The notes under the pieces: model-generated
What the model saw: the letters and a program-made list of their open reading frames with translations, nothing else
Databases searched by the model: none
Told to the model about the DNA's origin: nothing
Position numbers and translations under genes: made by a program
In this document: in pieces, positions 53,356-63,169 of the stretch
Position numbering within the stretch: the first letter of the stretch is position 1
Layout: every line of letters begins with the position of its first letter
Assembly: GCA_036918135.1 (NCBI GenBank)
Contig: JBALDB010000046.1
Span: 64,001-128,000 of the forward strand
Length of the DNA: 64,000 bases
From: Nostoc sp.
GTDB taxonomy: Bacteria; Cyanobacteriota; Cyanobacteriia; Cyanobacteriales; Nostocaceae
Direction of reading: 5' to 3'

Positions 53356-53809
53356 CTGTCTTCCTACTTAAATTAGCGAAAATATCCTACTAGGATTTAG
53401 GCACTATGCTATATCGCATTATGAAATTAATACGTTGAAGTGTGATTGGGACAGTTTTCAATATAAAATCCTCTAGAGAGATTTTTGCTCTCTGGGATTA
53501 GAGGTAGATTGTTTTTATTATGAATATAAATGCCAAAAAAATCTGGCAATAAGATACAAAATTTTCCTTTGATATAGAGTATAAATGCAAGTAATACTAT
53601 TTCTAAAAATTTTGACATAGAGGGCTACCACTCTATGATTTTACACATCTATCTGTAGCAGTAGGTTAATCAAATGGTATCAGTTAAAAAAGTTACAATT
53701 AAGGAAACAAGCCCCTAGAAGAATCTAAGGGCTGGGATAATTTTGATTATAATGCCTGGAATAGGCGTAGCGAGCGCTACTTATAACAAAAGCGCTCTCA
53801 AATACTTTA

Positions 53810-54730
53810 TCAACTACGGTGATTATTGCTGTAATGAACCCTTGTACCTGCCCACAGCAACTTCTCCCGCAAAGTTTGGTAGTAAGAATTGTTCTCGCGC
53901 AAAATAATAAATTTAGCTCGACAATCCGCCATCCGCACATCAACGCGGTGTCCAGGCCAAATCGAAGTCCCCAACACTCCATCTGTCCACAACTTGGTAC
54001 TTAAATCGTAATCCCCTAAAGGCCAAATACTTACCACAGAACCAGGAGGTAAAACCAGGGGGCGACTAGAAAGACTCATTGCACAAATCGGAGTGACGGT
54101 AATCGCCTCCATTCCATCGTGCATAATTGGCCCATTAGCAGAAACGGTGTAACCTGTGGAACCTGTGGGAGTGGAAATAATTAACCCGTCCCCGACGTAT
54201 TGATCGACTACCTCACCATCGATTTCCATTTCTAAAATCGAGGTAATCATTCGGTCAGCAGAAGCTGGTTTAACACAAAATTCATTCAAAGCGAGGTAAC
54301 GCTCACTGACTGGCTGCAAATTAGACCCATGACCCTCATACACCGCAGCTTGTAACATCATCCGCCGTTGGATAGCATAGCGATCCTCAAACAGTCGATC
54401 CCAAACTTTCTCGGTATCCTGAAATTCATCCACTGACTCAGTTAAAAACCCCAGATGACCTCCCACATTCACTCCCAGAATTGGGATGCCAGCTGGGGCT
54501 AAATGTCTGGCACCAGTTAAAACAGTACCATCACCGCCCAGTACCAAAGCGAGATCGATTGGTTGACCCGCCGAAGCCAAAAAGACCGGATAAGGGTTGT
54601 CTTTTGGTCCGCTAGGCCCCATCAACACATGGCACTGGCGATTTTCGAGTTGTTTAGCACAGATTTCTGCCCATTCTTTACTCCGGGCATCCCGCGCTTT
54701 ATAAGCAATGATTACCTGCTTGAGTTGCAC
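53810..54730 (-). CDS. NAD(+) kinase
   Basis: GGDGT, GHLGFL, LNE and STPTGSTGY. Confidence 0.96.
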   Translation of the reverse strand: MQLKQVIIAYKARDARSKEWAEICAKQLENRQCHVLMGPSGPKDNPYPVFLASAGQPIDLALVLGGDGTVLTGARHLAPAGIPILGVNVGGHLGFLTESVDEFQDTEKVWDRLFEDRYAIQRRMMLQAAVYEGHGSNLQPVSERYLALNEFCVKPASADRMITSILEMEIDGEVVDQYVGDGLIISTPTGSTGYTVSANGPIMHDGMEAITVTPICAMSLSSRPLVLPPGSVVSIWPLGDYDLSTKLWTDGVLGTSIWPGHRVDVRMADCRAKFIILRENNSYYQTLREKLLWAGTRVHYSNNHRS

Positions 54731-54736
54731 GCACAG

Positions 54737-55042
54737 TTACCACTTCAGGAGATTAAACTGCTCCATATCGACGGTATCGCGGTTGCGATAAATGGCAAGC
54801 ACGATCGCTAAACCCACCGCCGCCTCGGCTGCGGCCACAGTAATCACAAACACGGTGAAAACCTGACCCTTAATTAATGTTGAGTCGAGGAAGTTGGAAA
54901 ATGCCATTAAATTCAGATTAACAGCATTGAGCAACAACTCAATCGACATTAGCACCCGCACCGCGTTGCGGCTGGTAATTAAACCGTAGATACCAATGCA
55001 GAATAAAGCTGCTGCTAACAATAAAAAGTACTGGAGTTGCAT
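54737..55042 (-). CDS. ndhE: NDH-1 subunit E (NuoK/4L)
   Basis: [11 protein letters not shown] and [13 protein letters not shown] at 55042. Confidence 0.97.
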   Translation of the reverse strand: MQLQYFLLLAAALFCIGIYGLITSRNAVRVLMSIELLLNAVNLNLMAFSNFLDSTLIKGQVFTVFVITVAAAEAAVGLAIVLAIYRNRDTVDMEQFNLLKW

Positions 55043-55102
55043 GAATTTGAGTATTCCTTCTGAAAAAACAGGGCTTTTTATTTGTGACAAAAGTCGCAAA
55101 TT

Positions 55103-55714
55103 TTACTCTTTTGTTTCGCTGCTGCTTGATACCAGTTCTCTGGGGCGTTCTGGCAAAGTCAAAACGGTTTGTGGTAAGTCAGACGATGTAACTTGGTCTG
55201 GCAAATACTCGCGACGTGCCAAAATTATCGCTCCTACCATCGCCATCAGCAGCAAAATCGAAGCTAGTTCAAAAGGTAGTAAAAAGTCACTGAAGAAATG
55301 CTCGCCAATCAGAACTATAGAACCTTTAGTAGCCACAGCCCCAGTTGAGTAGGCCCAAGGAGTCGCCAGCACCATCGTACTCAAAAGCCCAAATAATCCG
55401 AGACTAACCACACCCGTTAGTGCCTTCCGCACCCAAGAATTGGGAAATGGCACAAAATTCTGCCGTTTGTTCACCAACATAATGGCAAACAAAATCAGCA
55501 CGTTAACTGCCCCAACATAAATTAGTACTTGTGCGGCTGCAACAAAATCACCATTGAGCAACAGGTAGATTCCTGCAATGCTAATGAACACGCCCCCTAG
55601 CATAAAGGCAGAATAGACGATGCTAGGGGACAGCACTACACCAAGAGCTGCCCCAATCATCATCACACCCAGTAAGCCAAGGGATACTAACTGTACTCCT
55701 TCCGCTAGATTCAC
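55103..55714 (-). CDS. ndhG: NDH-1 subunit G (NuoJ/6)
   Basis: QVLIYVGAVNVL and PFELASILL. Confidence 0.97.
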   Translation of the reverse strand: MNLAEGVQLVSLGLLGVMMIGAALGVVLSPSIVYSAFMLGGVFISIAGIYLLLNGDFVAAAQVLIYVGAVNVLILFAIMLVNKRQNFVPFPNSWVRKALTGVVSLGLFGLLSTMVLATPWAYSTGAVATKGSIVLIGEHFFSDFLLPFELASILLLMAMVGAIILARREYLPDQVTSSDLPQTVLTLPERPRELVSSSSETKE

Positions 55715-55719
55715 TGTTT

Positions 55720-55930
55720 TTTGTCCTCAGTCAATTGTCATTGGTCATTAGTCAATTGTCCTCAGTCAATTGTCATTGGTCATTGGTCATTTGCTTAATA
55801 ACAAAAGACAAATGACAAATAACAAAGCGCAAAGTCTCTTGCGAGGTTTCCTCCGAACAGACGGCAGTTCCTTTAAGCGGGGGAACCCCGCCAACGGACT
55901 GCCTTAACTTTGTAAGAGAGGACAAATGAT
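55720..55930. repeat. STRR arrays plus the inverted copy of the 105-bp element (55822-55926)
   Basis: TTGTCCTCAGTCAATTGTCATTGGTCATT duplicated; element 104/105 identical to 3651-3755. Confidence 0.9.
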
Positions 55931-55932
55931 AT

Positions 55933-56517
55933 TTATTTTTGAGTTTGTTCGGCCAAGTCTTGTGGACGCACACCCGCAAGCGGTGCATCAGCAGGCGATC
56001 CGTGGGGTTCGAGGACGCCTTTGGGTAGGTAAACTAGTTCGCGTAGTGGTGTTACCATTGGGTCATTTGTTACCTTATAGGGCAGACGACCTAGCGCTAC
56101 GTTGTCATAGTTCAATTCATGGCGATCGTAAGTGGAAAGTTCATACTCTTCTGTCATGGATAGACAGTTAGTCGGGCAAAATTCCACACAATTACCGCAA
56201 AAGATACAAACTCCAAAGTCAATGCTGTAGTGGTTGAGTTTTTTCTTTTTGCTGGCTTTGTCGAATTCCCAATCTACTACAGGCAGGTTTATCGGACAAA
56301 CGCGAACACAGACTTCGCAGGCGATGCACTTATCAAACTCAAAGTGAATTCTACCGCGAAACCGTTCGCCAGGAATCAGTTTCTCGTAAGGGTACTGTAC
56401 GGTAATCGGACGCCGCCGCATGTGATCGAAGGTAACAGAAAGTCCCTGACCAATGTAACGCGCAGCTTGTATTGTTTCTTTGGTATAATCACCAACTTGT
56501 TTTAGAAACTTTAGCAT
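55933..56517 (-). CDS. ndhI: NDH-1 subunit I
   Basis: Two CxxCxxCxxxCP motifs. Confidence 0.98.
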   Translation of the reverse strand: MLKFLKQVGDYTKETIQAARYIGQGLSVTFDHMRRRPITVQYPYEKLIPGERFRGRIHFEFDKCIACEVCVRVCPINLPVVDWEFDKASKKKKLNHYSIDFGVCIFCGNCVEFCPTNCLSMTEEYELSTYDRHELNYDNVALGRLPYKVTNDPMVTPLRELVYLPKGVLEPHGSPADAPLAGVRPQDLAEQTQK

Positions 56518-56552
56518 CGTGTTTCACTCTCTGTGTTTAAGCTATCAGCGTT

Positions 56553-56644
56553 ATTTGTCTTTTGTCCTTAGTAATTTGTCCTTAATCATTCGTCCTTTGT
56601 CCAAAGCAAATGACTAATGACTAATAACTAATGAGTAATGACTA
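56553..56644. repeat. Opposed STRR heptamer arrays between ndhA and ndhI
   Basis: TTTGTCC-like units followed by ATGACTA-like units. Confidence 0.75.
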
Positions 56645-57760
56645 ACCGCCAAAGGCGAAAGGAAAGGCTAGTTTGAGTGCGGCAGTTAATAGGAGATTAA
56701 CCAAACCAACTGGTAACAAAAACTTCCATCCTAAATCTAACAATTGATCGATCCGTACCCGTGGCACTGTCCAGCGTAACAAAATAGCGATAAACACTAG
56801 TAAATAGGCTTTGAACACAGTCATGGTGATACCCAAAGCAGCAGTTACTATCTGCAACACGGGATCGGCTTCACTGATTCCCAGCCAATTAGCTATGAGG
56901 TTGAGGGGAATGGGAAAGTCCCAACCACCCAGGTAGAGAATTGCTACTAGTAGGGCAGAAAGTATTAGGTTAACGTAAGAACCGAGGTAGAACAGACCGA
57001 ATTTCATGCCTGCGTATTCAGTTTGATAACCTGCTACGAGTTCTTCTTCCGCTTCGGGTAAGTCAAAGGGCAATCTTTCGCACTCAGCTAGGGCGGCTAT
57101 CCAAAAAATTAGGAAACCGACTGGTTGACGCCAAATGTTCCAGCCTAGGATGCCGTAGCCAGATTGTTGATTAACAATGTCAATGGTGCTGAGGCTATTA
57201 GACATCATAGCGATCGCTAATACTGCCAGCGCCAATGGAATTTCATAACTAATAGATTGCGCTGCTGCCCGCAAGCCCCCTAAAAGGGAGTATTTGTTAT
57301 TAGATGCGTAGCCAGCCATCAACAAACCAATGGGCTGAATGCTTGACAAAGCAATCCATAAAAATACGCCCATGCCCACATTGCTAATTACGATGTTCTG
57401 CCCAAAAGGCACAATCAGGAACGAGAGAAACACCGGAATCACAACAATAATTGGCCCAAGGGTAAACAACCAAGGGTCAGAATTGGCTGGCACGATATCT
57501 TCTTTAAATACCAGCTTCAGACCATCCGCTACAGGCACTAGTAATCCAAAAGGCCCTTGGTATTCTGGCCCAATTCGTTGCTGTGCAGCAGCAGAAATTT
57601 TTCGTTCTAGCCAGGTAGCTACTAATACCCCCACTGTTGCCCCAATTAGCATCAGTACCATTGGCAATGGCAGCCAAATTGCTTTGGCTGTTCCTGCTGG
57701 CACACCTAAATCCGTGAGGGATTCAATGAAAGTTCCTTGGAGGTCAATTCCTGAATTCAT
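56642..57760 (-). CDS. ndhA: NDH-1 subunit A (NuoH/1)
   Basis: ERKISA..QQRIGP and [17 protein letters not shown]. Confidence 0.98.
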   Translation of the reverse strand: MNSGIDLQGTFIESLTDLGVPAGTAKAIWLPLPMVLMLIGATVGVLVATWLERKISAAAQQRIGPEYQGPFGLLVPVADGLKLVFKEDIVPANSDPWLFTLGPIIVVIPVFLSFLIVPFGQNIVISNVGMGVFLWIALSSIQPIGLLMAGYASNNKYSLLGGLRAAAQSISYEIPLALAVLAIAMMSNSLSTIDIVNQQSGYGILGWNIWRQPVGFLIFWIAALAECERLPFDLPEAEEELVAGYQTEYAGMKFGLFYLGSYVNLILSALLVAILYLGGWDFPIPLNLIANWLGISEADPVLQIVTAALGITMTVFKAYLLVFIAILLRWTVPRVRIDQLLDLGWKFLLPVGLVNLLLTAALKLAFPFAFGG

Positions 57761-57974
57761 GTTTGATGCTCTTTAAGACATGAGTTATTGTGAGTTACAA
57801 ATATTACTTAATTAATATCTGTAAATTCACTCATTAATAATTTTTGCCTAGATGATGTGTGATTGAAGATTTGTTGCCAATTCCCATGCCTAGTATATCC
57901 TTGGATGGTTTTACCACCCTGAAGCGAGATGAGAACTTCTACTTATGGTTGGCATTGAGATTGGCTATTGGTGG

Positions 57975-58102
57975 AGGGAGTAGGAAATGGGGAGATCAGG
58001 AGATAGGGAAGTGTGGGGAGTGTGGGGAGTGTAGGGAGAGAGGGGGGAAAGATTTCTTCCCCATCCTCCCACACCTCCCACACTCCCTGTTTGCCCAATG
58101 CC
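57975..58102. repeat. Inverted G-rich/C-rich short tandem arrays between gltA and ndhA
   Basis: GTGTGGGGA-like 9-mers opposed by CTCCCACAC units. Confidence 0.75.
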
Positions 58103-58104
58103 CG

Positions 58105-59241
58105 TTAACGTTGGTCAATGGGCAGATAAGAAACTTCGTGAGCGCCGTTGTAAATCTGGGTAGGACGGAAAATCCGGTTTTCTGCTAGCTGTTCTTTCCA
58201 GTGAGCTAGCCAACCAGCAACGCGGGCGATCGCAAATATTGGTGTAAACAAGTCTGTAGGAATACCCATCTTCCTATATACCAAACCAGAATAAAAGTCA
58301 ACATTGGGAAAAATCCCTTTGCTACCGAGTTTTTCCTCTACCACACGTTCCACTTCTAGGGCAATGTCATAGAACTTGTCATGCCCAAACTTCTCAAATA
58401 ATTGTTCTGCTAGGCTTTGTAAAATTGTGGCTCGTGGGTCTTTTACTTTGTAGACACGATGCCCACAGCCCATAATCTTCGCTTTGCGTTGCAGACGATC
58501 TTCCACATAAGGACGCACATTTTCCACAGAGCCAATTTCTTCCAACATCTGAATTACTTCTTCATTGGCTCCACCATGCAGGGGCCCTCCTAAGGTTCCC
58601 ACCGCACTAGCAACTACAGCATAAGGATCGGTCAAGGTAGAAGCTGTCACTCTGGCACTGAAGGTGGAAGCATTCATTGTATGCTCGACCTGAAGTATCA
58701 AGCAGATATCAAAAATTCGCGCTGCCAAAGGATCGGGTTCTTGCTCATTGAGCATGTATAGAAAATTGGCAGAGTAGTCTAAGTCATCACGGGGACGCAC
58801 GGGGTCGTTACCTTTTCGCATCAGTTGGAACGCCGCCACCATCGTGGGAATGGTTGCTATCAAGCGCACTACCGAATCTCGAATGTAAGCAGGATTATGT
58901 AAGTCCCGGAGCGAATAAAACAAGCCTAAAGCAGCAGCAGAGGCTTGCAGGGCATCCATTGGGTGACCGCTTTCTGGAAAGCATTTCATCATGTCCCGAA
59001 TGCGGTATTTTATTCGCCTGTGGTGACGAACTTCATGTTCAAATGCTTCCAGTTGTTGTTTACTGGGCAGTTCACCCCAGATTAAGAGATAAGCAGTTTC
59101 TAGGAATGTACTTTTTTCTGCTAGTTCCTCAATCCGGATGCCACGATATTCTAGTATTCCCTTTTGCCCATCAACATAACTAATACTCGATTGGGCGGCG
59201 GGAATGCCTTCTAGACCAGGCTTGTATTCGCACACCATCAT
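58105..59241 (-). CDS. gltA: Citrate synthase
   Basis: EHTMNAST, GPLHGGAN, GHRVYKVKDPR and PNVDFYSG. Confidence 0.97.
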   Translation of the reverse strand: MMVCEYKPGLEGIPAAQSSISYVDGQKGILEYRGIRIEELAEKSTFLETAYLLIWGELPSKQQLEAFEHEVRHHRRIKYRIRDMMKCFPESGHPMDALQASAAALGLFYSLRDLHNPAYIRDSVVRLIATIPTMVAAFQLMRKGNDPVRPRDDLDYSANFLYMLNEQEPDPLAARIFDICLILQVEHTMNASTFSARVTASTLTDPYAVVASAVGTLGGPLHGGANEEVIQMLEEIGSVENVRPYVEDRLQRKAKIMGCGHRVYKVKDPRATILQSLAEQLFEKFGHDKFYDIALEVERVVEEKLGSKGIFPNVDFYSGLVYRKMGIPTDLFTPIFAIARVAGWLAHWKEQLAENRIFRPTQIYNGAHEVSYLPIDQR

Positions 59242-59349
59242 GGCAACACCATTGACTTTTTGAAATGTTCGATGGAGCTAACTTACCAGAAATTTCTTGT
59301 TGACATAACAGTAGCCGTTCTAACAACAATCAAAAATGTTGAAAAACTG

Positions 59350-59844
59350 TTATAGCAGGTACTTGGGTGGTGTCAACCAAAACATCTGACTACGACCCAG
59401 AGGAGAACCATTTTCTGGTAGTTTTATCCCAATCATACCTGCTTTTTTCAAGACTAAGCTTGCTTTGACCTCCCCCCATAAGAGAATTTCTGCCCAATTG
59501 GTTAAATCAGGTTCGTGTCCAACCAACGCCAGTTGGGTATTTTGGGAGTAATTTCTTGGCTCTAACCAGTCTTTGAGCCAACCAGAAATTTGACCATCGT
59601 GGGCGAGGTGGCTAGATTCCTCTAACTGGGAGCTTAGTTTTTCTGCTATGAGAATTTCAGCCGTTTGACGGGCACGCACTAAGGGGCTAGTGAGAATCAA
59701 ATCAAAGTTTAAACCTAATTTAACAAGCTTTTTAGCAACTTTCTCAGTTTTTTGCCTTCCTTCTGTGGTCAGGCTGCGCTCCTCATCCTTAATACCTAAA
59801 TCTTTATCTTGGGCGATCCCATGACGAATTAAATATAGTTTCAT
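59350..59844 (-). CDS. sixA: Phosphohistidine phosphatase
   Basis: LIRHG, SPLVRARQTA and VGHEP. Confidence 0.93.
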   Translation of the reverse strand: MKLYLIRHGIAQDKDLGIKDEERSLTTEGRQKTEKVAKKLVKLGLNFDLILTSPLVRARQTAEILIAEKLSSQLEESSHLAHDGQISGWLKDWLEPRNYSQNTQLALVGHEPDLTNWAEILLWGEVKASLVLKKAGMIGIKLPENGSPLGRSQMFWLTPPKYLL

Positions 59845-60083
59845 ACTTTAAATTTTATTGGCGTAGCCTATGCTGAGTTATTTGTTACGCTTATTGTGAA
59901 TTTATCTATCCTAACTTAATCATCATTATCTATTCGTTTATCTGCTATCTGCCTAGAGTAGCGAAGTGTTACGCGTTCTAAGGTGTTAGGGATATGGTAA
60001 TAGATTTAAACCTTGAATAAATCTGTAATCCCTTTAATTTTTTGCGATCGATGGGTAATTCGACACTATTGCTGTAGCTACAA

Positions 60084-60803
60084 TTAAGAGTCAAAAGACT
60101 CATCCATTAAGTGTTGTAAGTCATTGAACTGATTTTCTAAACCTTCTTGTTGTAAACGGGTTTTAATACTTGAGAGTATTTTAATTTTTGTTTCTTTGTC
60201 AATGTTCCTTAATTCTGAAGCAACGATTTCATTAAATATCTGATAATCTTTTGCTAGTCTATTTATCAAAATCGACGCTATTCTTTTTATCTCACTTTCA
60301 TTTACCCATTCCTTTAGTAATTCACAAACTAAATTGTCAAAATCATGCAAAACTTGCAAATTTAGTCTTTCAATATATCCGTGAGCAAGACGATTACGAG
60401 CTTCAAAACAAGCTTGAGCAAGGTCAAACTGAGAGATTGATAACTCTCCCAATGAGTACAGATGTCTTAGTAATCCTATTACTGGGAAACGTTCAATGGG
60501 GATTGATACATCGATCACTCGCTTTCTTAAAACTCCCTCAAGAATACTCCACAGAAAAAGAAAACCAGGCTCAATTTCATCATTTTCAATAAGCTTATGT
60601 GCTTGAACAAACCGATTGGTTAGCTCTTGCCATGAAGGAAGTTGTTCCGATGTTCCAGGTAAGGATTTGCCTTCTATATCTTCAAGCGTGACCAATAAAA
60701 AACGCCAGCCTCGATGTTTACTAACTTCCTCTGCTAAAGCCTGTAAACGCTCCACAGAAATTCGGCTGAGACTGGTTCTTATTTCGATTACAAAACCTGA
60801 GTT
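60084..60803 (-). pseudogene. 5'-truncated REase-like/HEPN fusion gene (open frame from ~60803; first start GTG at 60755)
   Basis: Frame reads NSGFVIEIR..GWRFLLV (tail of a PD-(D/E)xK-like fold) then WSILEGVL..RNRLAH (HEPN Rx4H); no ATG or N-terminus. Confidence 0.6.
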
Positions 60804-61111
60804 TCAATTGGGTCAGACAAAAACCGACGATGGCTCTCTACATCTGATACTAAGCTATCATCTTCAAAAACTAAATCTACAAGTGCATCCTGAATCGGCT
60901 TGATAATGTTATCGATGTCAGCCGGAAACTGATCGCAAAGATAAACTAGCGTCAGTTGTAGATTCCCTTTTTTAATGGGGCTGTTATCTTTCCAAACTTT
61001 TTGAGCTTCAACGCGCACAAAATTCTTCCATGCCTGAAGGTTTTCTCTTTTCTTTGTCTGTAACGAAACAGGGCGTCTGGGAATGAGAAATTCAAAAGGT
61101 ATTATTCGCAT
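60788..61111 (-). CDS. RusA-family nuclease-like protein, probably 3'-truncated
   Basis: DIDNIIKPIQDAL and EDDS motifs; ends abruptly at 107 aa. Confidence 0.75.
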   Translation of the reverse strand: MRIIPFEFLIPRRPVSLQTKKRENLQAWKNFVRVEAQKVWKDNSPIKKGNLQLTLVYLCDQFPADIDNIIKPIQDALVDLVFEDDSLVSDVESHRRFLSDPIETQVL

Positions 61112-61216
61112 TCCAACTGTATATCTTGATGATTACTTAACCAACTTACACCAATTTTCATATATAACTCCCGATCATATAGGGTATATTTACACTTATA
61201 TAAAAATTCTACATAG

Positions 61217-61687
61217 TTATTCGTCAGAGTTAGGATAAAAGTCTAAATTTAAAATTTCATTAATAGAAAACGGACAGACAAGCGCAAAATTCTCTGCTGA
61301 TAAACCTGTTTCCACTATTGCCTCTTGCCACGCTCTTTGATAGGTAGTATTAGGCTACTCAGTATCATTTAAAAGACGGCGCAAGCTAGAGCTTTCTTGT
61401 AGCAATTCATCTATATTTAGTCGCTCACGGGTAATAGTTACTTGCCAACTGGGGCTACGACGTTCAGATTGATACTTCCACTTTAATAAATACGACAACA
61501 CTAACCGCAATGCACTTTGCAACGCTTGCTGTTAACTCTTACCCAATTCCACCACTTCTTCAATTAAGTGTTCTAAATCTACTCCGTTCCACTAATGCGA
61601 TTGTAAAAGTGCTGCGGTCTGCTCTACCCAAGCATAAAAATCTTGCTCATATAGACTTTGTAACATTTCAAGTTCTACAGACTTCAT
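61217..61687 (-). pseudogene. DUF29 family pseudogene with three in-frame stops
   Basis: AAGGAG RBS then MKSVELEMLQSLYEQDFYAWV..SH*WNGVDLEHLIEEV..KS*..YLLKWKYQ..TE*..CPFSINEILN; 471 nt, no frameshift. Confidence 0.9.
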
Positions 61688-61789
61688 GGCGCTCCTTTTT
61701 GATAAATAGGTAGACACGAGTTAATACTTGTATCGACTTACTAAACATTAGGCACGAACTATATTGCCAATCAATTAATAAAAATTAAA

Positions 61790-61816
61790 TTCCCGACTTT
61801 GATTCAAAGTCGGGAA
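61790..61816 (-). terminator. Hairpin terminator after the DHH gene
   Basis: TTCCCGACTTTG/CAAAGTCGGGAA 12-bp stem then T-rich sequence on the minus strand. Confidence 0.65.
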
Positions 61817-61885
61817 GGAATGCTATATAATCAAACACACTTCAACTGCTACATGATTTAGGAGTTCTTCTGATTTCCCTTATCG

Positions 61886-63169
61886 CTACTCAGACTGAAT
61901 TGGGTTATCTCTGGGGTTAACTAACCTCAGTAGCTTTTGCTTAATTTGAGTGTCGAATACTTCCCATTTCATTTTCGCATAGGCGGAATTTTCGTTACTG
62001 CCAGATAAGAAACCCATCGGGATTTCAAAGCCGCCAGCGCTTGTCCTTCCACCACCAAAAAAGCGCCCTGTGCTATCTTGCCCAAAGGCTTCTTTGATGA
62101 ATTCATCGGGGTCAAGGGTAAGTTTGGTAGTTCTCAAGGAACCAATGACTATTTCTAATTCTTCGTCTTCATCATGAACAATGCCGTAAACTACGGCGGT
62201 ATGCACATTTTCTTCCGTGACGAGAAAATCAGCTGCTTGGGGGATAGCATCGCGGTCGTCGTAGCGCAGATAACCGACACCAGCAATGGAAAAGTTATTT
62301 TGGACGATGCGGTTTTTGAGCGATCGCTCGATCACATCCATCACCCGCTTGGAACGATTCGCCTGTAAAATGGCATTCAGCAGTTGTGCGTCATAAAATC
62401 GACTTAAATATGCAGCTGCCATAAAGTCTTCTTCTTGCGCTTGCATCAAGCGATTTGTATCCGATCGCAAGCCATGCATTAAAGCAGTAGCGCATTTGAC
62501 GTGTTGATTGATGCTGCTATCTAATGCTAGTAATCCTGTTTGCAGGTATTGAGTAAAAATTGTTGCCGTCGCTCGTACATAAGGACGGATATCCTCAAAC
62601 TCTGATTGGAGATCCCCTTGTATACTGTGATGGTCGATGAGCGCCACTAAGGGGATTCCAGCCTCCTGCACTGCACAGAGTAGCTGCGAAGTCGTTCCTT
62701 GGTTATCGATGAGTACAAAACCTTGATAAGATGACAAATCCTTGCTTTTCAAAGTTTGCTGCGTCCAGCGTTGGATCGGTAAATTAGTCAGTCTAACCAA
62801 GGCAATATTTTCTTGATGACTTAATGCGCCGGCATAAATGATTTCACACTTGATGTCGTATTGCTGGGCAATTAATTGATAAGTCCAGGCACAAGAAAGA
62901 GCGTCTGGGTCAGGAAAATCTTGCAAAATTACTAGTTGGCGATCGTGTCGGTGCGCTAGTAGAGTTTTTTGCAGTTCTTCTGACTTTTGTTGTGCTAGGG
63001 AATTACCACGCTGACCGAGATAGATGGCTCCTTCACCTGGCGATGGCTGTAATGATGGACTTTTAAGTGCAACTTCCACTGGGTCTTTCTCTATTTCAGA
63101 TTCCTCTGGGTTTGGTTCTGTGTTCAATGACAAACTATCAAACTCATTAACGGGAGAATTTAAATACAT
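61886..63169 (-). CDS. DHH-family phosphoesterase (NrnA-like)
   Basis: PDPDAL, IDHH, SDT and the C-terminal GGG motif. Confidence 0.9.
   Translation of the reverse strand: MYLNSPVNEFDSLSLNTEPNPEESEIEKDPVEVALKSPSLQPSPGEGAIYLGQRGNSLAQQKSEELQKTLLAHRHDRQLVILQDFPDPDALSCAWTYQLIAQQYDIKCEIIYAGALSHQENIALVRLTNLPIQRWTQQTLKSKDLSSYQGFVLIDNQGTTSQLLCAVQEAGIPLVALIDHHSIQGDLQSEFEDIRPYVRATATIFTQYLQTGLLALDSSINQHVKCATALMHGLRSDTNRLMQAQEEDFMAAAYLSRFYDAQLLNAILQANRSKRVMDVIERSLKNRIVQNNFSIAGVGYLRYDDRDAIPQAADFLVTEENVHTAVVYGIVHDEDEELEIVIGSLRTTKLTLDPDEFIKEAFGQDSTGRFFGGGRTSAGGFEIPMGFLSGSNENSAYAKMKWEVFDTQIKQKLLRLVNPRDNPIQSE

Noticed and set aside
57859..58188. 109-aa ORF with GKCGECGEC
   Set aside because: The Cys pattern arises from 9-bp tandem repeats, and the ORF overlaps gltA antisense.
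60785..60815. Programmed -1 frameshift fusing RusA to the HEPN frame
   Set aside because: No canonical X XXY YYZ heptamer in the short overlap and both proteins look incomplete; a deletion is simpler.
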